This document shows, one piece after another, positions 52,871 to 62,484 of a DNA stretch of 64,000 nucleotides. Made by a program: the position numbers and the translations under genes. The notes under the pieces are model-generated. The model searched no databases. It was given only the letters and a program-made list of their open reading frames with translations, and was not told the DNA's origin. This DNA comes from Carpediemonas membranifera BICM. Lineage: Eukaryota > Protista > Fornicata. The stretch's first letter is position 1. Every line of letters starts with the position of its first letter. The DNA is taken from positions 340,244 to 404,243 of the forward strand of contig JAHDYR010000067.1 in assembly GCA_019828565.1 (NCBI GenBank), written 5' to 3'.

Positions 52871-53121
52871 TCCCGAAAATCGTTGTCGGAAGCATATACG
52901 TGAACGAATGTAGCTGCATAAATCGAGATGACTCGTCATCTCGGGCGCTCCGAGCCCCTGAAGCGACATACCCAAGAGCAAGGGTTGGACCTGCCGCGTG
53001 CAGCCACACCGTGTGACGACAAGGCCCAGGGTTTTTGCCTACCGCCAGACCAGGAGAGCCTCAAGGCCAGCGCTACAACACGACCACGCCATAATCCGAC
53101 TCCTTTACCGCTAAACCACGA

Positions 53122-54711
53122 TCACCCCTGCTTCCAAGGAGCGATATTCACCTCGGTAAAGCTGCGGACGAGTTTGGCTGAGGGGGGACCACACCCGACG
53201 GTCTCTGCCACGCCGCCCGACAGCTGAGCAACGCCGAAGAACCACTGGTCTGATGGGTGGCGGAAGCAGATGCCCGAGAACGCTGTCGCCTCAAACGGGA
53301 TTTCGAACGAAGAGTCTTCGCAGAATAAGGTCTTTCCTTCAGTGACCCAGACAATCCGGTAATCATCGCAGTAGACGGCCTTCGCCCCCTCTGGGAACTG
53401 GAGCGGTGTGGCTGAGGAGACCTTGTCGTGCGGGACTGCCCGAGGCAGCAGGCCCGACTGGGCGATCGAGTATGGAACCTTGCCTGCAAAAAGAAGCTGG
53501 TGGCCACTGAGGAAGACGTTGAAAGATAAATTCGAACCTATGAGCGCATCAACACTGAAGGGCAGCTCCTCAAAGCCCGTCATCCCATCCGAATGCCCGA
53601 GCCCAAGCCGGCCATTATCGTTGTCTCCGCTGATAATCTGTCGATCGCCCATGGAGAGAATGATCGTCCTTCCCTCATTAATGATGTGATCTGGGACAAA
53701 CCCGGCAGGCGTACTAATAGTGTTGAAAACGCCCTGGCTCTGCCCACGGCCGACGTAACGTCTTCCGCAGGCGCCCGCCATGACTGTGCCGGCTGGGGTG
53801 AGAACCATGACGATGCCGCTTCTAATAGAAACATCAGTCACCATCATGTGCTTCTCCCAGGAGGGCAGGCTGGCCTCGAGCTCGGCGACCTTGGGGCAGG
53901 CGGGGAAGGCGAGGCGGGTTGGGCCAAGCCAACGTTGGGGCGACCCCAGCTGGCTGTATTCATTCTGTCCCCAGCCCCACAAGCCCTTGGGCGTCCTGGC
54001 GATGTGGGTGGGCCCGTCGCTGTTGACCTCGAGGGCCCTTGGCATTCTGGCCCTGGTGAGGGTGGTGTGGTGCTTCGTGTCGAGCATGAAGAGACGGCCC
54101 ATGTATATACGGTGGAAATAGCTGCCGTAGCTATCATTATAGCGGTAAGAGTCACCGTCCTTCTCGGCGACATTCATCGTGAAGAAGAACTTGCGGCAGA
54201 TGAACCAGAGGCACTTGGCCTCGGGAGAAAGAGCATTGCTGATATGTTCATGCATCTCCTTCTTATGCGGACTCGCAGCCTTGGTCTCTTGCAGCAACAC
54301 GTCTGCCAGGTCTGGGTTGGCCCCGCCACCCATGAGACAGGCCCACACCGTGCCCTGGAGCAGGGTGTGCAGGGCGATCGGGAGCTCCTCGCAATCCTCA
54401 AGCTCGACGTTCATGGACAGTGGCGGGCCGTCGGTGAGGATGGAGCGGGCGCGGTCGAGGAGCACTTGCGCGCTTGGAGCGAGAGGGGGGATGTCGGCGA
54501 GCACCTCGCTGATCGTTGCGGCGTGTATTGGAGAATAGCTGATCTCTAGATCGCGATCTGAAGGCACAGTCTCGCCAAACTGCCTCGAGTATGCGTGGCG
54601 AATGAGAGATGGTATGTCCCCGGGTATAGATGAAGTTTCGACAATAGAAAGTCGAAACGCCGCAATAAGCAATGCTTTGACGTCTGTTGGCGAAGAATCT
54701 GCGCCGTCCAT
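53122..54711 (-). CDS. RCC1/BLIP-II-like repeat protein; N-terminal ~123 aa shared with 16114-17586
   Basis: GLWGWGQNEYSQLG and SGDNDNGRLGLGH motifs. Confidence 0.75.
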   Translation of the reverse strand: MDGADSSPTDVKALLIAAFRLSIVETSSIPGDIPSLIRHAYSRQFGETVPSDRDLEISYSPIHAATISEVLADIPPLAPSAQVLLDRARSILTDGPPLSMNVELEDCEELPIALHTLLQGTVWACLMGGGANPDLADVLLQETKAASPHKKEMHEHISNALSPEAKCLWFICRKFFFTMNVAEKDGDSYRYNDSYGSYFHRIYMGRLFMLDTKHHTTLTRARMPRALEVNSDGPTHIARTPKGLWGWGQNEYSQLGSPQRWLGPTRLAFPACPKVAELEASLPSWEKHMMVTDVSIRSGIVMVLTPAGTVMAGACGRRYVGRGQSQGVFNTISTPAGFVPDHIINEGRTIILSMGDRQIISGDNDNGRLGLGHSDGMTGFEELPFSVDALIGSNLSFNVFLSGHQLLFAGKVPYSIAQSGLLPRAVPHDKVSSATPLQFPEGAKAVYCDDYRIVWVTEGKTLFCEDSSFEIPFEATAFSGICFRHPSDQWFFGVAQLSGGVAETVGCGPPSAKLVRSFTEVNIAPWKQG

Positions 54712-57700
54712 TGTTCACAGGAATCCTTCCTGGCGCTAACGACTTCAGCACAGTTGAGCCGATGGACCCGCGGTCGGTATCGAGTCGACGCGTCTTGGGT
54801 CGAGTGGGGCATCCGCGCGACGAACTCTCGCACATGCTTCCTCGTCTTGGCATTGCCAATCGTTGCCGCTACAAAACTTTACCTCCCTCATCCCTAAATC
54901 GACTGGCAGGTCATCTTATCGCGAGCCCTGAACGAGCTCCCCATCTCCTTCCTCAGCTCCCGCAGCTCAGCCATGGCGGCCTTCATGGTCGGCCTGTCCG
55001 CCGGGTCTTGCGCCCACATCTTCTCGACGATCGCCTGGAGCTCGGGCAGCTGGGCGAGGGCCTTGCGCGGCTTGGGCCGGGATCCGTCGTTGATCTTCTT
55101 CATCGCGGCGAAAGAACTCTTCTCGTCGGCGAAGGGGAGCTCCTCGGAGAAGAGGGCGAAGATGGTCATGGCGAAGGAGAAGACGTCCGCCTTCTGGTCG
55201 TACTCGCCCCGCTGGAGAAGCTCGGGGGCGGCGAAGCCCATGGTGCCGATGTTGGTCATCGTCTTGGTCGTGTTGTTGACGGCCAGACCGAGATCGCCGA
55301 CCTTGACGCGGATGCGGTTGCGACTCACCTTCTCCTCAATCGCCACGAAGAAGTTGTCGGGCTTGATGTCGCGGTGTACGATGCCTCTCGAGTGGATGAA
55401 GGCGAGACCGTCGGCCGCCTCGATGACGAGGTCGAGCAGGGCGAGCGGCGTGAGTCGGCCCGCCTTGCGCTTCTTCTCGACGTAGGCAGAGAGCGAGCCA
55501 AGTGCGCAGAACTCGGTCACGATGTAGATGGCCGGCAGACGCACGGTGGCGCCCAGGAACTTGAGCACGTTGGGGTGGGACAGCTCGACGAGGGTCTTGG
55601 CCTCCCGGGCAAACTCGTTCATGCTCGTCACGTCGGACTGGAAGGCCTCGTGCAGCTTCTTGACGCACACCACCCGATCCTGATACACAGCACGCGACAC
55701 AGAACCGAACCCGCCCGAGGCGATGACCTCCGTCTCGGTGACGGCCTCGGGGACGATGAAGAAGTCCCAGATGGCGGAGTAGAGCCTGTTGTTGGAGTCG
55801 ATCCCAAGCTTCGTGAGCTCGGCCTTGGCCAGCTTGCGGAGTCGGCGGCGGATGATGCCCCGCTTGACCCGCTTGTACTGCTGTCTCAGCATGAGCCCGG
55901 CGACAGTGACGCCAACGACGTGGACACAGAAGCAGCCGGTGACGCAGGACGAGATGAAGGCGAGGCCAATCATCTGGACAACGATGACGACGCAGCAGCC
56001 GCAGCAGAAGATCGCAAGGACCGTCACAATAACGTATGTTAGGAAAGTCATGAACATTTGGGCGGACGTGAATAAACAGTAGACTTCGGTGGGATTCGAA
56101 GTCGTGATAATCGCAAACTGGTCCGACCAAGAGATTGTCTCAACCGTCTGATATTCGCTCAAATCCAGCGTCATCGCCCAGAGTTGGCCATCAGCGTCGC
56201 TGGTGTCGTCCACAGCAAAGAAGACCAATTGCTCCGGGGAGCCAATGGTGCCGTCTGCCACGACGATCGTCCCATCCTGCGTGTCCAACGCTGATATGAT
56301 CTGCCGGCACTCGTGGTTGTCGTAGTTGCCATTATACGTGTATACGTCAGTCAGCATGTAACTCGAGGCGTCCGTCGCGTTGGGGCGGTAGAGCATCGCG
56401 TAGCCGCAGTTGCCGTCGTGCGCCTTGCCAAGGAATGTGTTGTAGGAGACGGCAATGCCGTACCCCGCAGTTTTGCGCGTCTCAACGAACCTGACGAATC
56501 TCCCAAACGAGTTGTGCGGCCCGGGGATGCCATGGACATACTTGCGATGGCCCAGGACGCCCCAGCTGTCGTCGAACGCGAAAACATAGAACATGGCGTG
56601 CGCCGTGCCTACTACGAGCGTGTGGTCGCGCAGGTCCGCGTCCGTCCCGAAGAAGAAGCCTGTGTTGTAGCCACCGTCGGGCGCGGTGATGTTCAAGAAG
56701 GAAAGGCCCTGCGCCTCGGGCCCCAGCGGCCAGAGGAAGAGCGCGTTCGACTCGGACCCGACCACGAGGATGCCGTTGCCGTCCTCGTCGACGTCTAGCT
56801 TCAGAACATGGCTGCCGAATCGCCGCACGGTGTCGTTCTCGGGGTCGACCTTCCGTTGGATGTCGACGCCGTGGATCATGGAGGGTTCATAAAAGGTCGA
56901 GTCAGAGCTTGAGTCCTCGAAGAAAAAGACGGCGCCGACACCCGAGTCGGCTCCGGGGGCGCCGACAACCATCAAACGATTGCTCACAGAGATGGTTGTG
57001 CCAAACTCCGCCGAGACGGTGGTCTCCATCGACTGCACAAGTTGCTTGGTGTCGACCTGCCGGAAGCCGCTGTCTGCGGAGTCGAATATCGCGTGCCATA
57101 TGTGTTGGGCGTATCCGTCCATGTCTAGACTGCTAGCCGCGACGAGGGAGACTGTGCCAAACTCTCTCCTCTGGGCGCTGCCGGGGGACCCGACCAGGGC
57201 CTTGCCACCGCCGAAAGACTGGGCAAACGTCCCCGTTGTGGACGCACGCTGGCCGCTGATGACTCCGATCTCGTCGAACTCGTCGCCAACGAGCTTCAGC
57301 ATGGAGATCTTCGTGACGAGGCCGGCCTCGCTCTGGACTGCGCTGTACGACTGGTAGACCTGGACCATCGAGTCCTGGGCAATCGCCACGCTCTTGGGGA
57401 CGCTGTCGGTGGCTTCGGAGTACGACAAAAAGTCCAGCTGCCAGCCCTCGGCGGCGTGGGTCAGCTTGTAGGTAACTCTGGGTAAGCAACGTGGGGGTTG
57501 AGTCAAACATGATCGTGTTGCCCGTCAGGGCGACGAAGGTGTCAGAGCCTTGGGAAATGGCTACGCTGAGGCCAGAGTAGGCGAAATCGCGGAGATCTGG
57601 CCCGGGGACGGTGGCCATCTCGGAGATAATCAAGTCCCAAGAGAACGTGGCGCGGTCAAAGTGGTAGACATCGACGTAGATGACATAACCGTCGGCCGCC

Positions 57701-58605
57701 ATATCAGTAACAACAACGAAGTCGGTGGCCATCGCTATCGCCTTGATGCTCCTTTCTGAGGCAGGATCGGGGGCGTTGAGCGTGGCGTTCAGGGCGAACG
57801 AGGTCGTACCAGGGACGTTACTGTAGACGTTGACCTGCCAGCTCGCTCCCGACTCTTCCACTATGCCGACGAAGTCGCTATTCTGCCCCACCGTCATCGC
57901 ATGAGCGTGGCTGCCCAGCACCACGCCCGAGTCCTCAAGAGTCGGGATGGGGTAGGTCGACCCGTCGATGCGGTAGACGTGGACGGGCATGCACGTGTCC
58001 TGGCACATGATCAGGAGGAGCTGGCCGGAGAGGATGGCGCTTTCGTGCCACTTGCAGCCGTCAATGGACGCAGACTCGGCCCAGAACCCGAACTCGTCGC
58101 TGCTGTCGGAAACACGGACCTTGTCAGTGGAGAGGACGACGTAATCACTGTCGAGGGCCACCTGTGGGGCGATGTCGGTCCGCTGGTCCGGGTCTGCGGG
58201 AACCACGAGCTTTTCAGACGAAAGCCAGGAGTCGCCGACGTGATTGAAGACCGTGCAGTACGCGGGCATGTAGGTAGAGGCCTTTCCGTCCGGAACTGTG
58301 TACGGGAGCGAGCATAACGCCATGCGATCGACGCTAAACGCCAAACTCACACCAAGGTTGGTCTCTGCCGCTTCCTGCTCCTGAACTGAATAAATGCGCG
58401 AACTGAACAGCGTTAGGTAACATAGACACGTTGTTAGCAGCGCCAGTATGACTGCAACCCTCATGGAAACGCGCCTCGCAAGATCCTCCAAACGACTCCA
58501 CGTCGATCAGATCCGATCGCACGAATCGGGGTCTACCGCGCGGCTAAGGCAGAGTAACGTCGCTGCCGTGACTCGTTATTGCATCTCCGCGAATCCTTTA
58601 CCATC
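54341..58605. repeat. Right arm of the 4265-bp inverted duplication
   Basis: Reverse complement of 12220-16484. Confidence 0.95.
54894..58464 (-). CDS. Receptor-like TKL kinase, copy 2 (intact after splicing the intron at 57478-57508)
   Basis: Removing the 31-nt GTTTGA..CTTACCCAG intron joins ..LTGNTI to IVTYKLTHAAEG.., uniting the 452-aa and 870-aa ORFs. Confidence 0.87.
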
Positions 58606-58777
58606 TGCAGTGTTGGGTCAGTGGTGGTTGGGTGGTCGCAGTCGCTCGCAGCGTGTGCCGGATGACCTGGTGGCCCTACCCCGAGTCAAGTGACGACACA
58701 GTGATCTCGGCATCCAAATTCTGTGACTCTGACCAACACTGCTGCCAACACGTAGTGGTAAATATACCGTTTATACA

Positions 58778-59264
58778 CTAGCACATAAAGGCCTTGAATA
58801 TGTGATTCTTGATGTACCACCCATCCGGCTGCCCTGGTTGGTTAAAGTGCTGGAGCGTGAATACATCGTTAAACACTGAGGGCTGCCCCGTCTGGCCGTC
58901 CACAATCATCTGCCCTGAGACGAAAAGAAGCACCTGGTCGCCAAAGGTTGGCTGGAAGTCGAATACCATGGATTGGAAGTCATGCTGGATCTTGTGCGTC
59001 TGCAAGCGCTCTAAGAGGTTGCGGATGTCGTTAATGCCGCGGCATCTGTTGCGCTGGAAAGAGGCCACTGAGTCTTCTTGCTGTATAAATGGGTATTGCG
59101 GTTGTAACATACGTAGAACTGCAGCGTCTCGGTCGTACTCCTGTCGAATACTCTGTATAATCGGAAGAAGAGGGTACATGCTGATAATATGTAGAAATGA
59201 AGTCATATGTAAGAGAACTATGTCAATGGGGCTCACAAACTTGGCAGATTTGCCTCTGTTGCAT
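58778..59264 (-). CDS. NTF2: Nuclear transport factor 2 (NTF2/NXT1-like); three short introns (59205-59240, 59153-59181, 59081-59112); first exon tentative
   Basis: Spliced MQQRQICQ/DFISTYYQ/VFDRSTTETLQFY/QEDSVASFQ..G..I..DFQP..LLFVSGQM..F..VFTL..WYIKNHIF matches the NTF2 pattern. Confidence 0.78.
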
Positions 59265-59431
59265 CAGTACTTGTACTGAATGACGCGCGTTTCGACTTAA
59301 ACTCGACTCAAGAATAATCCACTCAGCCGACAGCCGACGACGGACTGAGATGCCCCAAGTGTTTCTATGGCGGCTTTGACATCATTTTCGGTGTTTGACT
59401 TCAAAACTGCACTGTGGAGCGAAAGCGCTGA

Positions 59432-60868
59432 ATGAGCGCAAAAGCGGGCTTCTTGAATGGCATAACTGTGACTGTTAGTGGTTTTTATGGGAGTGAGCTC
59501 ACAGAACTCAAGCAACAAATCACAAACAACGGTGGTTTGTTCAGCGAGACCCTCAATCATGAATGCTCCTTCCTTATTGCTCGAAAGGCGAATACGAGGA
59601 TGGTTATCGGCGCTTTAAGTGAATCAAATCGCATTGAAATACCCATTGTAACTCGGGAATGGGTCCAAGCATCCCAGGACGCCGGCTGCATCAAGCCAAC
59701 GGAGCCATTCACCATGCCCCTCCTCTACAACCTCCGCTTCTCCTCCTGCGGCGTCTCCATCAACGAGTACTGGAGTGTGTACCAGGCCTTGGTCAAGGCG
59801 GGTGCCATATTCTGCAGCGATCTCACCGATCGCACGGACTATCTTCTCGTGAGTGACCTGGAGAATGTCGACAATACGAGGAGCAAGGTGAGGGCTGCAC
59901 AGAGTAACACGCCCCCAATACCCCTGGTGGACGTTGACTGGGTGAAACGAGTGATCAAGGCAAAGAAAATACTACCAATCGCCAAGAAACTGAGCAAGCC
60001 AAAGACCATCGCGCATACTGCTCCAGCACGCGATACAGAAACCATGGCTGCCTCCTCTCTAGCCATGCGGATGATGAGGAAGAACGACATCACCACCGTC
60101 GGCACAGCCTGTCAGGCTGTGAAACGTAGGGCGGCCGTCATCGACTTCGACGGGCAAAGTGAGTCGTTCCAGATCAAGATGTCTGGCACCCCCGCGTCCA
60201 GGTCCAGGCTGGAGGAAAAGGACGTCGTTGTTTATATTTCAGGGGTGGATGACCGGTTCAAAACTGATTTTCTCGTAGATCTCGAAAGATTGCTCCAAGA
60301 TTTAGATGGGCAGATCTCTCAACTCTCTCTACCGCCTACACATGTTGTAGTTCCCCCGACGCCCATTATTAACACTGTCAAGGTCCTTGTCGGCCTGGCC
60401 ACCGGTGCTCACATTGTGACCTCCGACTGGGTCAAGGAGTGGGTCAGGTCCGGCGGTGACATGCCGGAGCCGGAGACGTACCTCCATCCGGATGTCCGGA
60501 GAGCTGTCCGGTATTGGCAGTGTTCGCTGGCACGACTCGCGTCGAGGTCAGCGACACCGCTATACTTGTTCAGCGGCCTCCGTGTGGCGCTCCTGTCCCA
60601 CAACAACCCGCGAGAGTCAGATATCAAGACCCTGCTCGAGCTCGGTGGGGCTCAGGTCGAAATCTTTGATTCAATCAAATCTGCAGGACCAGAGTTCACT
60701 GATATTCTCTCGATGCTGGACGAGCAGGCTTCGAGGCTCTCCAGCGCCGTACCCGTGCTGAAGTGGTCGGCGCTGGTTCCTTACCTCACCAAGCCCTGGA
60801 TGGTCACCGGCAGCGGGCGGATGAGCAACTTCGAGAGTCTGAGGAACGGCGAGGAGGACGGGGAGTGA
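59432..60868 (+). CDS. Multi-BRCT domain protein (TopBP1/Rad4- or PTIP-like)
   Basis: About four BRCT-like units: LNGITVTVSGF..GG..IPIVTREWV; LYNLRFSSCG..GA..PLVDVDWV; THVVV..IVTSDWV; LFSGLRV..GGAQV. Confidence 0.8.
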   Translation: MSAKAGFLNGITVTVSGFYGSELTELKQQITNNGGLFSETLNHECSFLIARKANTRMVIGALSESNRIEIPIVTREWVQASQDAGCIKPTEPFTMPLLYNLRFSSCGVSINEYWSVYQALVKAGAIFCSDLTDRTDYLLVSDLENVDNTRSKVRAAQSNTPPIPLVDVDWVKRVIKAKKILPIAKKLSKPKTIAHTAPARDTETMAASSLAMRMMRKNDITTVGTACQAVKRRAAVIDFDGQSESFQIKMSGTPASRSRLEEKDVVVYISGVDDRFKTDFLVDLERLLQDLDGQISQLSLPPTHVVVPPTPIINTVKVLVGLATGAHIVTSDWVKEWVRSGGDMPEPETYLHPDVRRAVRYWQCSLARLASRSATPLYLFSGLRVALLSHNNPRESDIKTLLELGGAQVEIFDSIKSAGPEFTDILSMLDEQASRLSSAVPVLKWSALVPYLTKPWMVTGSGRMSNFESLRNGEEDGE

Positions 60869-61116
60869 GCAGTGTCGTAGCAGCTAAAATTTAGGTTTTA
60901 TTTGATTCCTTGTTCTCTTCCTTGTTCGCGAAGATTCAAATGATTATTGGATTTGATAGATTTGGGTGAGGTTTTTGACTTTGAGCCTTTGAGAAGCGCA
61001 TGGGTTGGTTTGCTGGTCATTGTGCCAGAATCGAGTCGATTTCGACTCGGCGCTAATCTGCGATCTAACTCCAAGAAGCTGGGCACCAAATATAGTAATT
61101 TGCCCCACGCAGCGCG

Positions 61117-62214
61117 ATGACGTTTCGAGATGTCGTCTATTCTAGCTGTGAATTCATAACACAATACGCGCCCGTCCCCATGACGCCACTCTACGTTGTC
61201 TGCTGCATCTGCCTCATAATCTACTATCCGGCCTGGTTTCTTGCAGCAAAACCTGTCCGCCAGAAGACGTATTACCGTAGAATCAACCTAATTGTCGGAA
61301 TATTCTGCTTCGAGTGCTTTTTGACGACAGGACTTCTCCCAAGCTACATCATCGAGGCAATTGGCTACGTCATGTGCAAATTCAACATCTCCGCAGGCTG
61401 TAGCTTCGGTGAATCCATCCCTCTCACCGCGTACTTCGTCTTTGGCACCATCGGGATCTACATCATCCCGACTATCACGTTTTACCTCTTCATCGGCTAC
61501 TCCCTCACTACCAGTATCTTCCTCACAAGGGTCATGGCCGCAAAGTCACTTCAGACGGGCGCCGTGCTCTCTAGGAAGCGGTTCTTGGTCACCCCGCTTT
61601 GGGAGCACGCTGCGGTGTGGAGTACCACGATCCTGCTCACCCTAGTGCGGTTTGGATCAATTGTTCTCATGGCTGCGTTCATTGGAAGTACTTCTACAGT
61701 CGGCCGAGTCGCAGACATCGCCCAGATCGGCGAACCGCTCTCCCGGAACCTCTTCATCCTCGCCATTGTTGTCGTCCAATGGCTGATCTTTCTCTACGTC
61801 GTCTCTAGCCTATTCGCAGCCTCCAGGGGCAAGAGCAAGAAGCACACGAACTATTCCTTCCTCATCGCATCTTTCGTATTTCCATTTACCGTCTACGCGC
61901 TGCTCGTATTCGTAGCGCTTGGTATCAACTTCGCAGCTGCGGTTGCGGAGATTGTTGTGTCTATCCAGGAGGGTGGGGCCAGGTCCTTTGAGGATATTAG
62001 AATGGACAACCTCGCCGTTTACTTGTTATATGCCTCAACGCAGGGTATGTATATCATTTGCAAGGCAGTAATTGTACTTCAGATGAGCTTTATCACGCTC
62101 TCCCACGCCTTTCTCCTGGCCAAGTCCAGAGTCTCCGCGGTTAAGTGTGCCATGAAGGCTCGCACCACGTCGTACGAGATGAACCCCCTATCCAGGCCTG
62201 AGATCAAGTGGTGA
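61117..62214 (+). CDS. Multi-pass (about 7 TM) membrane protein
   Basis: 365-aa ORF with about seven hydrophobic segments; no family recognised. Confidence 0.65.
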   Translation: MTFRDVVYSSCEFITQYAPVPMTPLYVVCCICLIIYYPAWFLAAKPVRQKTYYRRINLIVGIFCFECFLTTGLLPSYIIEAIGYVMCKFNISAGCSFGESIPLTAYFVFGTIGIYIIPTITFYLFIGYSLTTSIFLTRVMAAKSLQTGAVLSRKRFLVTPLWEHAAVWSTTILLTLVRFGSIVLMAAFIGSTSTVGRVADIAQIGEPLSRNLFILAIVVVQWLIFLYVVSSLFAASRGKSKKHTNYSFLIASFVFPFTVYALLVFVALGINFAAAVAEIVVSIQEGGARSFEDIRMDNLAVYLLYASTQGMYIICKAVIVLQMSFITLSHAFLLAKSRVSAVKCAMKARTTSYEMNPLSRPEIKW

Positions 62215-62484
62215 GGCATTAGCGCTGGTCAGCTGACTGTAGTGCGTAGTAGATAAACACTAGTTGACGCCATAGCTCAGTAGACGCGGCCATCGTCCCG
62301 TGAGCGGAGTGTCACTGTGACATGTCTCACAGTCGCGGTGACCGGGGTCTGCTGGGATTTGATGGGGGTTGCTGTGGGTAGATTGTCGCTCTGTCACCCG
62401 AGAGTGGCTGGTGTATCCGCGAGATCGTCTCACAATTTGGAGATATCGTCGCGTCCATTTTTAGATGGAACTCAACCAGCGTGC

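Noticed and set aside
12220-58605. The two inverted duplications as one giant palindrome
   Set aside because: Their centres differ by about 0.9 kb and the intervening genes are unique, so they look like independent events.
62266-62350. tRNA-like start GACGCCATAGCTCAGTAG
   Set aside because: No GTTC T-arm and no acceptor-stem complement, so no cloverleaf can be built.
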